From contig CM082577.2 of the NCBI GenBank assembly GCA_040954595.2, positions 7,341,846 through 7,405,845 of the forward strand: 64,000 nt of DNA. The letters run 5' to 3'. The number at the start of each line of letters is the position of its first letter. The stretch's first letter is position 1. The notes under the pieces are model-generated. The model was not told the DNA's origin and did not search any database. It saw only the letters and a list, made by a program, of their open reading frames with translations. The DNA is from Balanoglossus misakiensis. Its lineage: Eukaryota; Animalia; Hemichordata. Below are positions 10,501 through 22,599 of this stretch, piece by piece. Position numbers and translations under genes: made by a program.

Positions 10501-12831
10501 ATAACGTAGCTCAGTGTTATTCATTAGATAAGCCAATTATCACAGTACCCGCGTCTCCTCCCCACTTATTATTCACAGTCATTCTGGAGTAGGCTCATTT
10601 GCATAATTAACCAAGTCCAGCGCATATTTCCTGTCGCGCGCTAACATACTCCATCACTAGTCAATAGTCTGACGATCGAGTTCTACTTACACGAAACTGA
10701 CCAGAAATCCAGCGCCTTTAATACAATACACAAAGTGTCCAGCAATCAAATATCGCCGAAAATAATTATCGCAACGTAAAAGGAAGCAATTATTTTATTC
10801 AATATTTGAAATGTTACAATATCGACTGAGAGGGGAAAGTGTCGGCAGGGTATAAAAGTAGATATTTAAAAAAATCTTTGTTGAAATAACGGGACAAAGA
10901 AAACTATATATAATGGATGCATTTCGTTAAATTACTCACACATTGACAGTTGCCATTGTGTTCTAGTATAAAGCTAAAATGACGTGGTTTAATTTTTCAG
11001 CGTAATTTCCTGTTTACCCAATAGGCCTACTTCAAGCTTTGACTGATCATTGGTGTGTCACGAATAAGCAATAAATGTACGAACGTCATTTGCAAATCAA
11101 AAAATTAGGGTGGCTGTTAAGACTGTCATAATTTGCCAAACAAAATCAATTTCGACAAGAAGAAATTGTTTTTTGACAATCAAACTTTTCTTCACACATC
11201 ACTGTATTCGATTAGGTGGCATATGCGTGCGACCGACAATTAATTTTTAATATTCATCTTTCCAATCGTTAAAACCAACTTGATGTCATGTTTACGCAGA
11301 CAAGCGATGGGTCTAAAAGCTTCTTAAATTGTTTTCAGGGTTAATGTGTCATGGACAAAGGATGTCTATCATCATTCTTGGTGAACAGTGTTCCCTTGAA
11401 TAGTTAATCATAAACGGATGACACATACTTGATGTGATTTCATTAGTTGCCACGACTACGAAACCATTAACCATTAATAGAAATACAGATTAATTTTATT
11501 TAATTCCCTAAAGCATGGTCAGTGCAATTGTCCGTATTCTGCTTGGGACAATGCCACAGTTTTTATATGTGTAACGACCGATATTAGTGTTGACTAAATG
11601 AATACTGATCCAGACTTCAATTCGATTTTCAATAATAACAGTACTGGCTGTACACATACAGGCTGTGTTGACTAACAATGAGCAATGTTCCAAGTCTAGA
11701 CTCGAAGGAACTGCAGCGGAAGCACTAGAATACTGCAAATATAACGAGCTTTTAATGACACTATTCTCCTCTCAGCTCAGCAAATAAAACGGCATCCGAC
11801 GGCATGACTCCCCTCGCGTGACGAAACCGGTATCCCCAAACCATTCATTCATTCATTATATACGGCCATCTTTTATACTTGACAAAAGGCTGAAAGAGGG
11901 GTGTGACGAGAAACTTTAGTATATTAAACAGCCATCTGCAAGTAAGAAATGGGTCAACCTTACTCCGTTTTCGAAAAGAAGTTTGTTCGGTGGAAGTTAC
12001 CCCCCCCCCCCCGAGCTGACAAATGCGCTTGCGATTTTTTTGTTTCCATGGGTTAGATTTGCATGCGACATTCGAGACAGAAGCTCTCGTGGAAAAAAAT
12101 GAACAGATCTATGCGAAATCACGGCAGTCTGTCTCCGTTGTGGAGTTTTAATCGGAATTCGTCATTTTCTGTTCGCCAATGACGATGAGGGTGTGTGTAT
12201 ACAAATTGACATAATGTATACCATGACGAGTGACAAGGAATATTTACAGATAGAGGAGAGAGTAGTACAATTCTAATATCCTTTCCTCAGAAAGAAAAAA
12301 AGTGTTACTTACAATTGTGGACGTCGGACTTTTAGTGCTCGTAGGTGACCCGCTTATGTTTGAAGGACGCGTTATATTTGAGCCTGAGATGATTTCCCAG
12401 GCTATAAGTCTCCTTATCTCACTATTCTGCTCGACACGCGACATCTTGGCCGGGTTCAGGTTGCAGATGGTCACCGCCGGGAAGTCCAGCGCGCTCTCGA
12501 ACGTGATCTGCAGGCTGACGCTCACTTCGCGCTGGTAGTACTTCTGCAGGAGCGTGATCACCTGCCACGAGAAGAGACCGAAGGCCGAGAGGAAGACGAC
12601 GCACCAGAAGAGGCGGCGGTAGACGTTCTTGGCAGTGTAGGTCCTCGGTATGCCGTGGCATGTCGTGTTCTCCAGCAGCGACGCCCCCAGCTCCTTCAGG
12701 TTGACGTCGCCGCTTGTACCGTGACCGCCGGCGTCGCGATCGAAGTTGGTCGTCCGCCGGTTGCTGTTCGGGTCCACCGTGAACGCCTCCATGCCGGCCA
12801 AGTCATGATTGCCGTACCGGTGTTCAGCCAT
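4386..12831 (-). CDS. Complete amiloride-sensitive DEG/ENaC family channel subunit, 548 aa; complement(join(4386..4547,4738..4813,5021..5097,5452..5509,5693..5777,6007..6121,6476..6577,6712..6875,7179..7282,8198..8382,12313..12831))
   Basis: The 11 exons sum to 1647 nt with all GT-AG introns in phase. Motifs: pre-TM1 HG (TTCHGIPR), TM1 (RRLFWCVVFLSAFGLFSWQV), FPAVTICNLN, YGNCYTFN, GLSLKLNVEQ, AGVRVLVH, Cys-rich thumb (CEKSC...CNC...C...C), TM2 DFLSDMGGQMGLWIGMSFITLFE with GxS filter. Confidence 0.93.
4738..4813 (-). CDS. DEG/ENaC exon 10 (KNLCKLNVYYQEFNYESITESPKYE)
   Basis: 76 nt; conserved LxVYY..NY..I.E.P.Y pattern; CAG/GTTGGT. Confidence 0.9.
5021..5097 (-). CDS. DEG/ENaC exon 9 (PKIVSDVRRKSHSLNQMALEDENFA, knuckle region)
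   Basis: 77 nt; T-rich acceptor CCAG, GTAAGT donor; needed for phase continuity. Confidence 0.82.
5452..5509 (-). CDS. DEG/ENaC exon 8 (ETMFRTTVTSSLWPSTNFK)
   Basis: 58 nt; WPS motif; CAG/GTAAGT. Confidence 0.88.
5693..5777 (-). CDS. DEG/ENaC exon 7 (GPCLKRVEGAYTMNKLQPPCSTLCTERC)
   Basis: 85 nt; CxxxCxxxC pattern; CAG/GTAAGT. Confidence 0.88.
6007..6121 (-). CDS. DEG/ENaC exon 6 (ACEKSCYNDHVISECNC...VCHHNDDIQ)
   Basis: 115 nt; thumb-domain cysteines; CAG/GTAAG. Confidence 0.9.
6476..6577 (-). CDS. DEG/ENaC exon 5 (VVIERESDPYGDCKD...VDYSQQ)
   Basis: 102 nt, phase 0-0; PYGDC motif; CAG/GTGAG. Confidence 0.9.
6712..6875 (-). CDS. DEG/ENaC exon 4 (GLSLKLNVEQSEY...AGVRVLVH...GQETSVGLRK)
   Basis: 164 nt; TAG/GTGAGT; palm and beta-ball strands. 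Confidence 0.93.
6925..6966. repeat. (GACA)n microsatellite; a shorter one lies at 6130-6148
   Basis: Interrupted CAGA/GACA runs in the introns just upstream of exons 4 and 6 of the channel gene. Confidence 0.75.
7179..7282 (-). CDS. DEG/ENaC exon 3 (NFSQFFNPTYGNCYTFNSGKDGVTRATNKPGPLY)
   Basis: 104 nt; family signature YGNCYTFN; CAG/GTAAGT. Confidence 0.93.
8198..8382 (-). CDS. DEG/ENaC exon 2 (AYDMDWD...LGHDIRDLLIDCTWKGFPCGP)
   Basis: 185 nt; TAG acceptor, GTTTG donor; typical GHxxxxxxxxCxWxGxxC motif. Confidence 0.9.
8498..8673. repeat. Compound microsatellite (GAAT)n-(GAAA)n
   Basis: Pure GAAT run about 8516-8600, then imperfect GAAA run about 8605-8673. Confidence 0.95.
12313..12831 (-). 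CDS. DEG/ENaC exon 1 (N-terminus, HG motif, TM1, FPAVTICN, S/T/P-rich linker)
   Basis: ATG at 12831 (MAEHRY...); donor GTAAGT at 12312-12307; phase 0. Confidence 0.88.
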
Positions 12832-15800
12832 ATCGACAAAATTGTCGCACCGATACAAAGTAGACGAAAAGGACAAATAACGACAACGGCAATGACCTCT
12901 CGCTTTCAAAGAAGAGTCAAAGACCAGACAAGTTCCACAAAAATATTCACATTCCGCTTGATTCCAGCCTGCAGACCGCAGTTTCGCGATGTCGTGAACG
13001 AGGACAACTCCCTTCCCCCGTCGGCCGCGGTGAATTTGTTTAACAACTGTCTGCGCGGTGACAGAAAGGCTCGGTGCTTGTCAGTGTCAGGTTAATTCAA
13101 ACGACGTCACAACAAACACGCGCAGGCAAAGAATTGTTTGAACTGTTGTGACAATCAGCGAAAGGTATATGAGCTATTCAATTGTGATAAACCCGAAAGC
13201 TCGCCTTACAATAACTTCTGGGTCACCAATACAATACGAAGGCCTTCACTGCTGTGGTACTCGCTGCTTGACTACGTCAAAACACAGTAATTCGAGTTTG
13301 ACCATTGGAGCGAGGAGTAATTAATATTTATGACGAAATTAATATTCGTCATTTCTTTATTTGCATAAAAAAGCAATTCAAGCACTTATTTTATTATTCA
13401 TGATGGCGGACTAACTTTTCGTCCATACGGACCAAGTCCTGGAGACTCCTGGATTAAAGGCTCTTTCCACGCATGCATGTGGGAACAATCTTACCTACCG
13501 CCGACTTCAAACAAACTTGAGACAATGATGTACAAAAAATGCTCGTTCTCTCACCTATTGATTTCTGGATCCGATTTAATATCCATGTTAAAGCCCCTAT
13601 GGCCGTATTTTGCTATATCTTTGAATAAAATAAGAAACGTGCTATTTAGAAGTGCTTGAAGGGTTAATGCGCCCTCATTGGCACTCGCGGCATTTGATAA
13701 GCTTCGTGGGCGACGAGCGCGTTGCAACATAAAAACGATCGTTAGGGGCGCAATTCAGACAAACTTCATCGCTTTCTTGCTCTTCCTCGAAGTCACCATC
13801 TTGGTCGGAGTTCCGTCCACACCCCAGCACTTGCCATGCTTGTACACAGGGAGTTTTCTTCTCAAACGACTCAGTAATATGAAGTGTATCCGTGTAAAAT
13901 GACAAACATCTAAATGACTAATATATCGGCTTGCGCCTGACGCACCTAAGCCTCTTTCATTCGTTATGGTCCACACTTCTCTCGAAATTAGTAAAAAAAA
14001 TTCGCGGAAAAAGAGAAAAAGCGCGAAGAATTATTTTATTCAACAGGATTATGATGAGTCTCCTTGGTTGCCGTGCAAGATGTTTCGCAGTTCCACGTGA
14101 CTCCGACCGCAATAATTTGGTGGTCTTTAGTAGTGCGCCCTCAAACTACCTCACCACAGAAGAGACGCAGCCTTTCTAAATTGTAGAGATACACTTTCAC
14201 GCTTTGACCAAAGGAGCTTCCAGGGAGCGAAATGTAAATAGCGCCACCAACAGCAAGAGAAAACTAAATTGTCCACTTTCTTTCTTCTTCGCACCATTCT
14301 TGCCGGAATAACATTATCACTGACGGGGGGTGGGGGTGGGGGGGGGGGGCTCGTTTCTGATAATCACGAAACGCCTAGGAAACGCTTGTGCTCGAACCTT
14401 ACACAGGGACAGTGATAAGAAATCGCTGTTGTACTGTATTATAGTCACAGATTTGACATTGCTAGGGCATGGGAGGCCGTCCACTTAATTAGGACTGTGT
14501 CCTGTTTATACTGAAGAACTCTAAACGAGGTTTTGGTCAATCGACTGGACGGAGGAAGAGAAAGAAGACGATTAGAAAGCCAAGATCTTCAAGGCCCTGA
14601 AAGAAGGTCCAATAGGCTCTCATCTGCCTGGGACACCCGGGTAATACGAGGATTATACCTCTTGACCCCGGTAGAAATAAATAAAACTTGTGAGCACTTT
14701 TCTGTTAAGACGGTTTGTCAGTTTCGGCCAAATCTATGTTCACACAAAACCCTGGGCAATTGCCGTCGAAGTTTGAGCGGCATTATTGATTATTTTAAAG
14801 AAAATCGTATATGCAAATCGGTCCTGTAGTTTTGTATTATTTTGTCACCTTGGGGCTAATGTAGATTGTGCACGTCGCCTGATAATTTCTATTTCATCCG
14901 TCCTTCGTGATTTTTGTCGGCACGACCGAAAAGAACTAAAGCTATTAAAGAAGCAAAGTTCCCACGGATGTCTTTTCTCTAGTCACGTCTCAAGCACGGC
15001 GCAGGAATTTTATTGCTCCACTAATGTTTACCACAAGAGCAATGATCAGAAGAAGATGAAAATTAAAACAACGAATTTCTAACTTGACCATTGCGTCTCC
15101 GTCGCTCACGGCGACAGCAGTGACGGGATTCTACTTTCACAGACGTGTTGCACGCGTTACAAATCATACACCGATAAAGCAGATGACCGAGATATTAGTA
15201 AGGCCTTTCATTTGATTGACAGCAACAGGTATAAGAACATCTCTCTCAGTCGCCTCTTTGATATGCTCCATTGAGTCCACACACCCAAAGGAAGTGAAGA
15301 ATCTCTTTCACCGGAGAGGAAGGACTCCGGGGGCTTTCTCGGCCTGGCAATAACGAAAACTTCGCAGTCTGTCACGTCGCTGCCAGCTGCCCCAACCGCG
15401 ATTCGTGTCTGGTGTCAGTTGAAAAACCCGCACGTGGTGCATTATTTGCGAGAGAAAGAAAACAAATTCCGTGAAATAATTTATAAGCTTTACAGCGAAA
15501 CGTGATTAAACCGAGCGACATCGCAACCTTCGCCTTTTTTCTGTGGCTTTTAAAAACATTGTTCGGAATTTCGTTGAATGATTCACTGAGTGGCCGAATT
15601 GAGCAGCGTGGGCGCACCCTTCAAAAACACTGGGGGCCCGTCATGAGGAGCATTTCGAGTCTTGTATAATCTTTCCTGCATATAACAATCCCCTAGATCT
15701 CGTCCATCTCAGTTACATTTATTCCCGTGTGAACTCCAGAAACGAGATAAGCGATATTGTCACTCTGTGGTGATTAAAACACAAGCAATCACGATTTGCG

Positions 15801-18305
15801 TCGATCGTCAACCGAGCCGGGAGGTTAAACGCAAAAGTTTAACAGGCGAAGACTCGAACTCCAAAGTTTGAGATTCAAAGATAAAAATGGAGTCGCAAGA
15901 AAACAGTGAACTACATATGTATTTTATTTAACTAATAATATTTTTAAAACATTTCGTCTGTTTTTGAACATTAATTCACAGAGTTGAGCTGCTGGAAAGC
16001 TGTCGTTGTGTCTATGACGTCATAATGGTAATATTTGTGATCCTCCACCGGAAAAACAGGCGTATCTGAAGAATAAAGTTTGTCCCCGAAATTGACCTTT
16101 CAGAATGAATAAACACTTGAAAAGTGCCGGTAGTACCTCTTGACCTTTTCCGCGGACGATCTATTGTTGCGGCTCTAATATTGGTAATCACCGCGTGCGC
16201 CACCAATAGGTAGGTTGTATGCTATACTTTTGTTTTTTTGTGTGGACTTTTCGTCCATGGCTTAGGCGCATTACCTCATAATACTAGATTGGCAACATGA
16301 AAGATTTTCTAGACGTTTTAAACTTATTTTCCAAATAAGCTGACACACTGTTATCCAACTAATTTAATTTATACTACTATAGTAGATTATCCGACCGAGG
16401 TGTTTGGGAAAAAGCTGGTTTTAACTTTAATAAGTGTACTGCGTGAATCACGGTTTAACGTGATTGACTCACGCGAAACACTCACAGTTAAACAAAAGAT
16501 CAAGGAGGCTAAATGTTGACTGTAAAAACTGCGATCAATTTGTCTTAAGATGTCAGGAGGATTTATGGTTGTGGATAAGACAGCCCCCACTACAGACTGC
16601 AACTGCACGTAACTGAGTTATTTTTCACAATCATATAGCAATCTCCTTCGGCTAATCTCCGCGGAACACAAACGGAATTCAGAGGCCGTGCACCCTTAAC
16701 TCCGAGTAATGTCCACAATCAACTGTAACGAGGGCGCGTTACCCGGGAAACGGCACTCCCGCATTGTGATGTTGACCGTGAGATGGGCAGGTCGTAATGG
16801 AATGGAGATGTTTTCGACACGGCATTCCATGAAAGAGGGTCTTTGTGACTCAGTGCCTGGGTTTGCTTTCGCATTGGGTGGCGCGCTGAATAGTGTGGGC
16901 CAGCGCGCACTTTCTCCCGTTCATCTTAAATAGCAATAAGGCAGAATGTGACGCATTTCATCTTTTACTTGCAAAAAAAGGCAACTCAGTGGCCATCATC
17001 TCCTTCAGATTGCATTCTTTTCGTCCTAGATACCACGCAAATGGAGTACGTGTTTATGAAACGCTGATGATGTGCCATTTTGCGATTTTCCCCCTTTTTA
17101 TTTACCGGCGTTTTATCGGGGGAAAGTTATGACGCAAGACCGGTCTGCACACAAATGTGTCAATCCGACATCATCAATCGCCCTTGTCTTTGTAGTCTTT
17201 TTAGCAACTAAATAAGCCCATTGTTTTATTCTCGGTGGTTAATTCTCAAATTGAGTAGACCCTCCTTTTAAATGGCCAAGTGATTTGCGCAAATTGATTA
17301 GTCATGGTACGTAATCGAATTTTGGGGCACTTTATTACGCTGCCAGTCTATCAAAATTTATCGGGGGTATATAAAAATAAAACCCAGTAGCAGCGGAGAC
17401 TTTATGTCAGATCAGCAGAACAGGCTCGGCTGAGAAGTTAAACGAGAGCAATTTTTAGTCACCCGGGGAATAAGAGTGTTTTGTTGAGATTTGTAGGCAA
17501 TTTCATCCGACAGAAACTTACTCCATTGACGCAGCACAAGTTGTTACTCAGATGCATTCTATTGTAAGTTTTCGCTCTTCCCGCGCGGGTTCTCTATGTT
17601 TCCATTTTGTTTTGGAGGACACGGGTGATGACGCGAACTCTAACATTGAGCTATCTGGCGACGAAAACAAAGCACAACTCCTACAGGAGTTTTTGACATC
17701 AACCGTTATAATTTTTCTGAACATATGAGGTGTACACATTTCCATATTGAAACGGTGAGGCGATGCATGCCCCCACCTATATACCAACGAGTATGACCAC
17801 TGCTTTATTCCATCAATCCAATTCAAGGATCTGTGGTACCGGCGTCTTCGGCCAATAGTTGTCAAATTGAAAAAGCAGCTGTTGACATCAGGTCATGTTT
17901 CCGCATAATGATTGAGAGGATGAAAACAAACCAGTTTGTAATTTTAGTCACGTTTGTCTATCATTCCCCCGGGCTTGTTTCTTCAACGCGATGCTGTGTA
18001 CTTTTTGGGGTCCCTTATTGACAAATCTGTCAGCAATATAAAAAAATGCTATCTGGACACCTGTGCCAGAGATACCCTTATGCAGGATGTAATTTTGAAC
18101 AGCAAAGGTTGATAATTAATATCAAGCCCCAAGTCAGGTCTACAGTCTAACATTGACAGGCATTATGTTCAGCAATTTTGACCTAATGACTTCAGAAAAT
18201 GGTCGATTGGATTCGAAACCGCAATTTGACTTCGATGTGAAAAATCCGTAAACAATCTGAGTTCGTCTCCTTTGCAACTTACTCTGTGCGCCACGGCACT
18301 TGCGT

Positions 18306-18319
18306 GTTGCCATGGTAAC
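18306..18319. promoter_or_regulatory. RFX X-box consensus GTTGCCATGGTAAC
   Basis: 14-mer match to the X-box consensus; function untested. Confidence 0.35.
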
Positions 18320-19092
18320 GTCACGAAAATGATCTCATCGTGACCACAGAGCTCTCGGTAAAAGGCCAAAAATGTCAGGCCACCATGCTGCTTTTTGGAA
18401 GAAATATGCCGGTTCCCACAACGGAGAATTTGGGGATCAATTTTGTTGGCAATATATCTTGACACTTGAAATTGCCGGCTTCGCGGCGCGATAGTTTCAG
18501 AGCCAGTACGTGACAGCAACTCGATGGGCATCGAGGTTTGGGTGATAGTGACAAAATTAAAAAAAAGTAGGAAGAAAAAGGCGCGTGACAATATTGCAGC
18601 CAGGGAAAATTGTTTTTTCTTTTATCCTTGGCAACGATTGAATAGTGTAGCGAGTGTATTACGTCCATTCACAATAGTGGACAAGTCATCTACAAGTAGA
18701 AATTGGGGACTTTACGCGAAGCAAAATTTGCTTTGGCACGTGTATGTATTTCTAAAAGTTTCCAAACTTCCCATCACTTGCATAGCTAGCCTATATGTTT
18801 CCACTTGCAGACGCCTTTGTTGGAGGCGATAGCATATCTGTTTTTGCCGTTCTGCTTTTCAAGTTGGCCCATCAAAAGACGCGTATAAGTGATCTTAAGT
18901 GGTTTCCCATCGAACGGTGTTTTCATCTGGTTATTATTGCTCCGAGGACGACATCAACAAATGCGTCCACTTTCGCACGTTGGAGTTAAAAATCTGTAAA
19001 CACCAACGCCGGGTGATTTGTTGAAAGCAAAACAGAGATACTGTCCGTCGACATGCAATAAAACCTTCTCACGGTGATTGATTGTCACGATG

Positions 19093-19106
19093 TGTGGTTG
19101 CAGCGC
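19093..19106. promoter_or_regulatory. RFX X-box consensus GTTGCCCTGGCAAC
   Basis: Perfect inverted half-sites GTTGCC/GGCAAC with a 2-nt spacer; function untested. Confidence 0.35.
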
Positions 19107-22100
19107 GCTGTCGTTGCCCTGGCAACTGAGCCAGGGGCATGATGTGTGGGAAAGGGCAGTGGTGGTCCACGCCGGGCACTTTCCGCGCGGTCTGCTCGGG
19201 ATAAAAAAACACGTTTTTCTGAATGAAAAGGTGGGAGAAATGTGGAATGGAAGAAGAGGGGTGGTATGCCAATTAAAGGGACAAATTCTCTCTTTTTTGA
19301 CCTTTTTGTGATATCAAGACTACATGGAATACCTGCATAAAGTTTCTCAGTGTACAAAATAATGGTGTTTCATGACTTAAAAAGTACAGAATATCTACCC
19401 CTTTGTCGTATGTAGAGAAATAATTTTGTTCGTGCCCCTGGACAAAATTTCCAGATTTTATAGAAATGAAGGCGAGGTGTTTCGATCGTGTGGTGACCGG
19501 GTCTGTCTGATGCGGGCCCTTCTCTTGAAAGAGCCCTACCCCTTGAGCTTCCAAAAAAAAACCGTCTGCATTGTGTCGCGCTCCGATTTCTTTCTATAGG
19601 CAACAACCGTTCGGTCGGCTCTCGGCGTCTGCAAAGCTATATGGAGGTGCGGAATTTCGCCACCGACGGCCTCAGGACGGGGTACCGAGCCACATAAACA
19701 TTATCACGTCGATCGTCTACACCTGGTGAGTAAAATACGCCTCGTTTCGTTTTTGTCCCGCGTGTGGGTTGGCCTGGGCACGGAACAGGTGCGGTGCAAA
19801 ACTCCCGGAGCAGACAATGAGTCGGCTCGGAATTTCTATTTACCATGATGAACGCCTGCTAATGGACCCCCATGTAGGTAGCGCACGGTAGTCTAAACGA
19901 GGCCGTGGCCACCAGATATATTATCCCCCCTTTTTAGCGGACAAAGTTTGGCATGTGTATACATTTTTTGTTGTCACGACAACCTCAAATCATCAACATC
20001 AACTTCAAACCAGTAATTGCACCAAATCACTGCAGATTCGCACAAATAAGTAAGGGTTCAATGCTCAGATGACTCAAAAGCATGTGTGTCGCGGCGCCCG
20101 GCCGCAACAATGGACCCATGGTATTCGTTGAAAAACAAAATGTGACAAAAAATAAAACCGACTGCCGTTTTTTCGATAAAAAACGTGACCGGTGGAAGGT
20201 ATTGCTTTTTATTGCGTCAATATCTCAGTTTAGAGTTCAACAACACGACGGCGGCCATACCGCCAAAAGAAATAACCATCCCCACACATGCATGCTTTAC
20301 GAAGTCGAATGAGAAAGAACAGTTGGCACATAAAACAAACGCAATGAAAAAAGACTAACAAGTTACCATCGCAGTTTTTACTGGGGGAATTATCTTCAGA
20401 CATTGACTCATCTTGGTCAAAATAGCAAAATAGAACAGAATAACAAAAAAACCTAAAGGCTATCGTGACAGGCACAGTAAAATGAAATGCCCTAAAATTA
20501 CAATATTGGTATTGTTATTAATTTCTTTGGTCTTTAAAATAATAAACAAGAAATCAGGGAAGAATCGTTATAAATTTGCAGGAAAATTTACATTTTATTG
20601 GATTTCGATATTACTTTGTAGAATTAACTGTTAATAATTTTCTTGAAAAAAATTTGAGTAGTGGATGTAATATCCACACCACCTTGCATTTTAGCCGATA
20701 TTACAGTAATTTACACGTTGGAATTTCAAAGCACTTTAAGACACTCATGTTAAGAAAGTTGAGACAGTCGTCTTAGCGGCATGGGACAGAATACAAATAC
20801 TGTAGATACATGCTGTGGCTAAATCCAAGCGTGACATACCATGACAACAATATTGATATTAGAGCGGCATAAACCACACGCCATTTTCCGTATATATACA
20901 GTGTGCGTAATGCTGAGTTGATGGTACACGTACAAAAATACGTGATCTTAAATTGTTGAATTGCGTCGAAAAAAATCGGATTTCTTTACTGAAGCCCGAG
21001 CTACACGTCCATTGCTGTATGTCGTGGTGTGAACCGACAACGATCGATCGATTGATGATGACGGTTAGGAATTTTACGAGTTCGTCCGATAAGAGTTATG
21101 GCCCCCTCACTGCTTTTGACAAAGTGGTTGATAAAACTTGCCCGCGTAGGAGCTAACAAAAAAAAACTACCACGGCGATAAAAAAAAACGTGACAAGAAA
21201 ATAACGGAAAAGCCCAGATGGGTTCGTTTCGCCCAACTGGCTCGCGGAAGGACTTCTCCCCCCAGCCTGAAAAATGTAAAACGGTGATTGATTTTGATTT
21301 ATGGTGGCCACAAGAATATTTATGCGGTCATGTGCCCCCACTGTATATATTAGTCCGAGGACTAACCGAGCGTGATAAATTGGTGGAACTATTTTAGGTA
21401 AGTCATGAAACAGACGGCACGGACGACAAAATGTAGACTACGACAGAGAACGACACAATAGTCAGCTTTACACGTCATATCTCGCTCTTAGCCACGACTT
21501 GGGCGGGTTTGAACAAAAAAAATGATTACTATTTTCCTACGCGTTTCCTTGATTACACCTTTTAGAATATTTCGCCAAGGGGGAATATTTTGGCCATGCC
21601 CTGACGCTGAGCTCCAAAAAGTGAACCGAACGGAACAGACAATAATTCGACCACAATCATGTTGACCTAAATGTTGCGCGCGCAAAATTCCACTGTAAAA
21701 TCAGTCATATTTATTCAGACAATTATACTCTCTTTTGAAAAAAGAAAAGCTATCTGCCGCTTGTGTGAAAGACACTTTGGTGGAGTTGACAGAGACTGGG
21801 GACTACAATAACACTCGCAGCTATCCAATCCGGTAAAGGAATGCCGACGACACTTTTGAAATAATGGTTTGTTGAGAAGGCTTGAAGTAAACAGACGCCG
21901 CAATGAAAAGGCCATTCGAATTCGTGTGAACGTTTTTCTGGTTCTGCCTTGGCGGGTTGTCGCTATTTGCAAGTCCAAATCTATTCTAGTCCGGGGAAGG
22001 TGATAAGCGCGTTATTAACGCCTTGTTTCACGAAACAGTGTGGGCCATTCTTTTAGGTGTGAAAATCCGTGTCAATACTTTCTGGAGGAGCTTTCTTTCT

Positions 22101-22246
22101 GGTGTCCACAGACAAAAAGGTGATCGTTTTAAACGTCACCCATTTGAAAACACCTGACTAATTCCAGTGATCGTCTTTCATCTGCGGTAGTGGACACATT
22201 ATCCCACGCCTTTCGGACGGACAGTAATCAAACGTGTTCATTTCCA

Positions 22247-22599
22247 TGAACATTTGTATCCACTTTAGAGTGTCTGCCCGACAAATACAGATAATTTGGT
22301 AGTTTAATGTTAAAAACAAGTCGTGTTCATTTCTTTCCTCACAATTCAGTCGAACATGTGACAGATTAAGCGAAATCACGGAGGTATGTCTTCGCGAAGA
22401 GCGTGTGATGCAAAATGTGCTTGTGTAGTCAAGATAACTGATCTAATTAAAAGGAGAAAAATGTGCAATGTCGTCAGACTCGCTTGTTGGACTACAAACA
22501 GTTCTTGCTATTGAATTGTTGCCGACTTGTTTTTAACATTAAACTATCAAATTATGTGTATTTGTCGGGCAAACACTCTTAAGTGGATACACATTTTCA
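22247..22599. mobile_element. MITE-like/foldback element with about 68-77 bp inverted arms
   Basis: 22256-22323 (GTATCCACTTTAGAGTGTCTGCCCGACAAATAC...AAAAACAAGTCG) is the reverse complement of 22523-22590 with 4 mismatches; about 200 bp non-coding spacer; no clear target-site duplication. Confidence 0.65.

Noticed and set aside
12655-13095. 146-aa plus-strand ORF opposite channel exon 1
   Set aside because: Antisense shadow of a GC-rich exon with no protein motif
13655-13667. AAGGGTTAA, piggyBac-like right end
   Set aside because: No matching TTAACCCTT left end found nearby
14325-14349. G-rich run with G-quadruplex potential
   Set aside because: One of many poly-G/C tracts in the window, with no positional link to a feature
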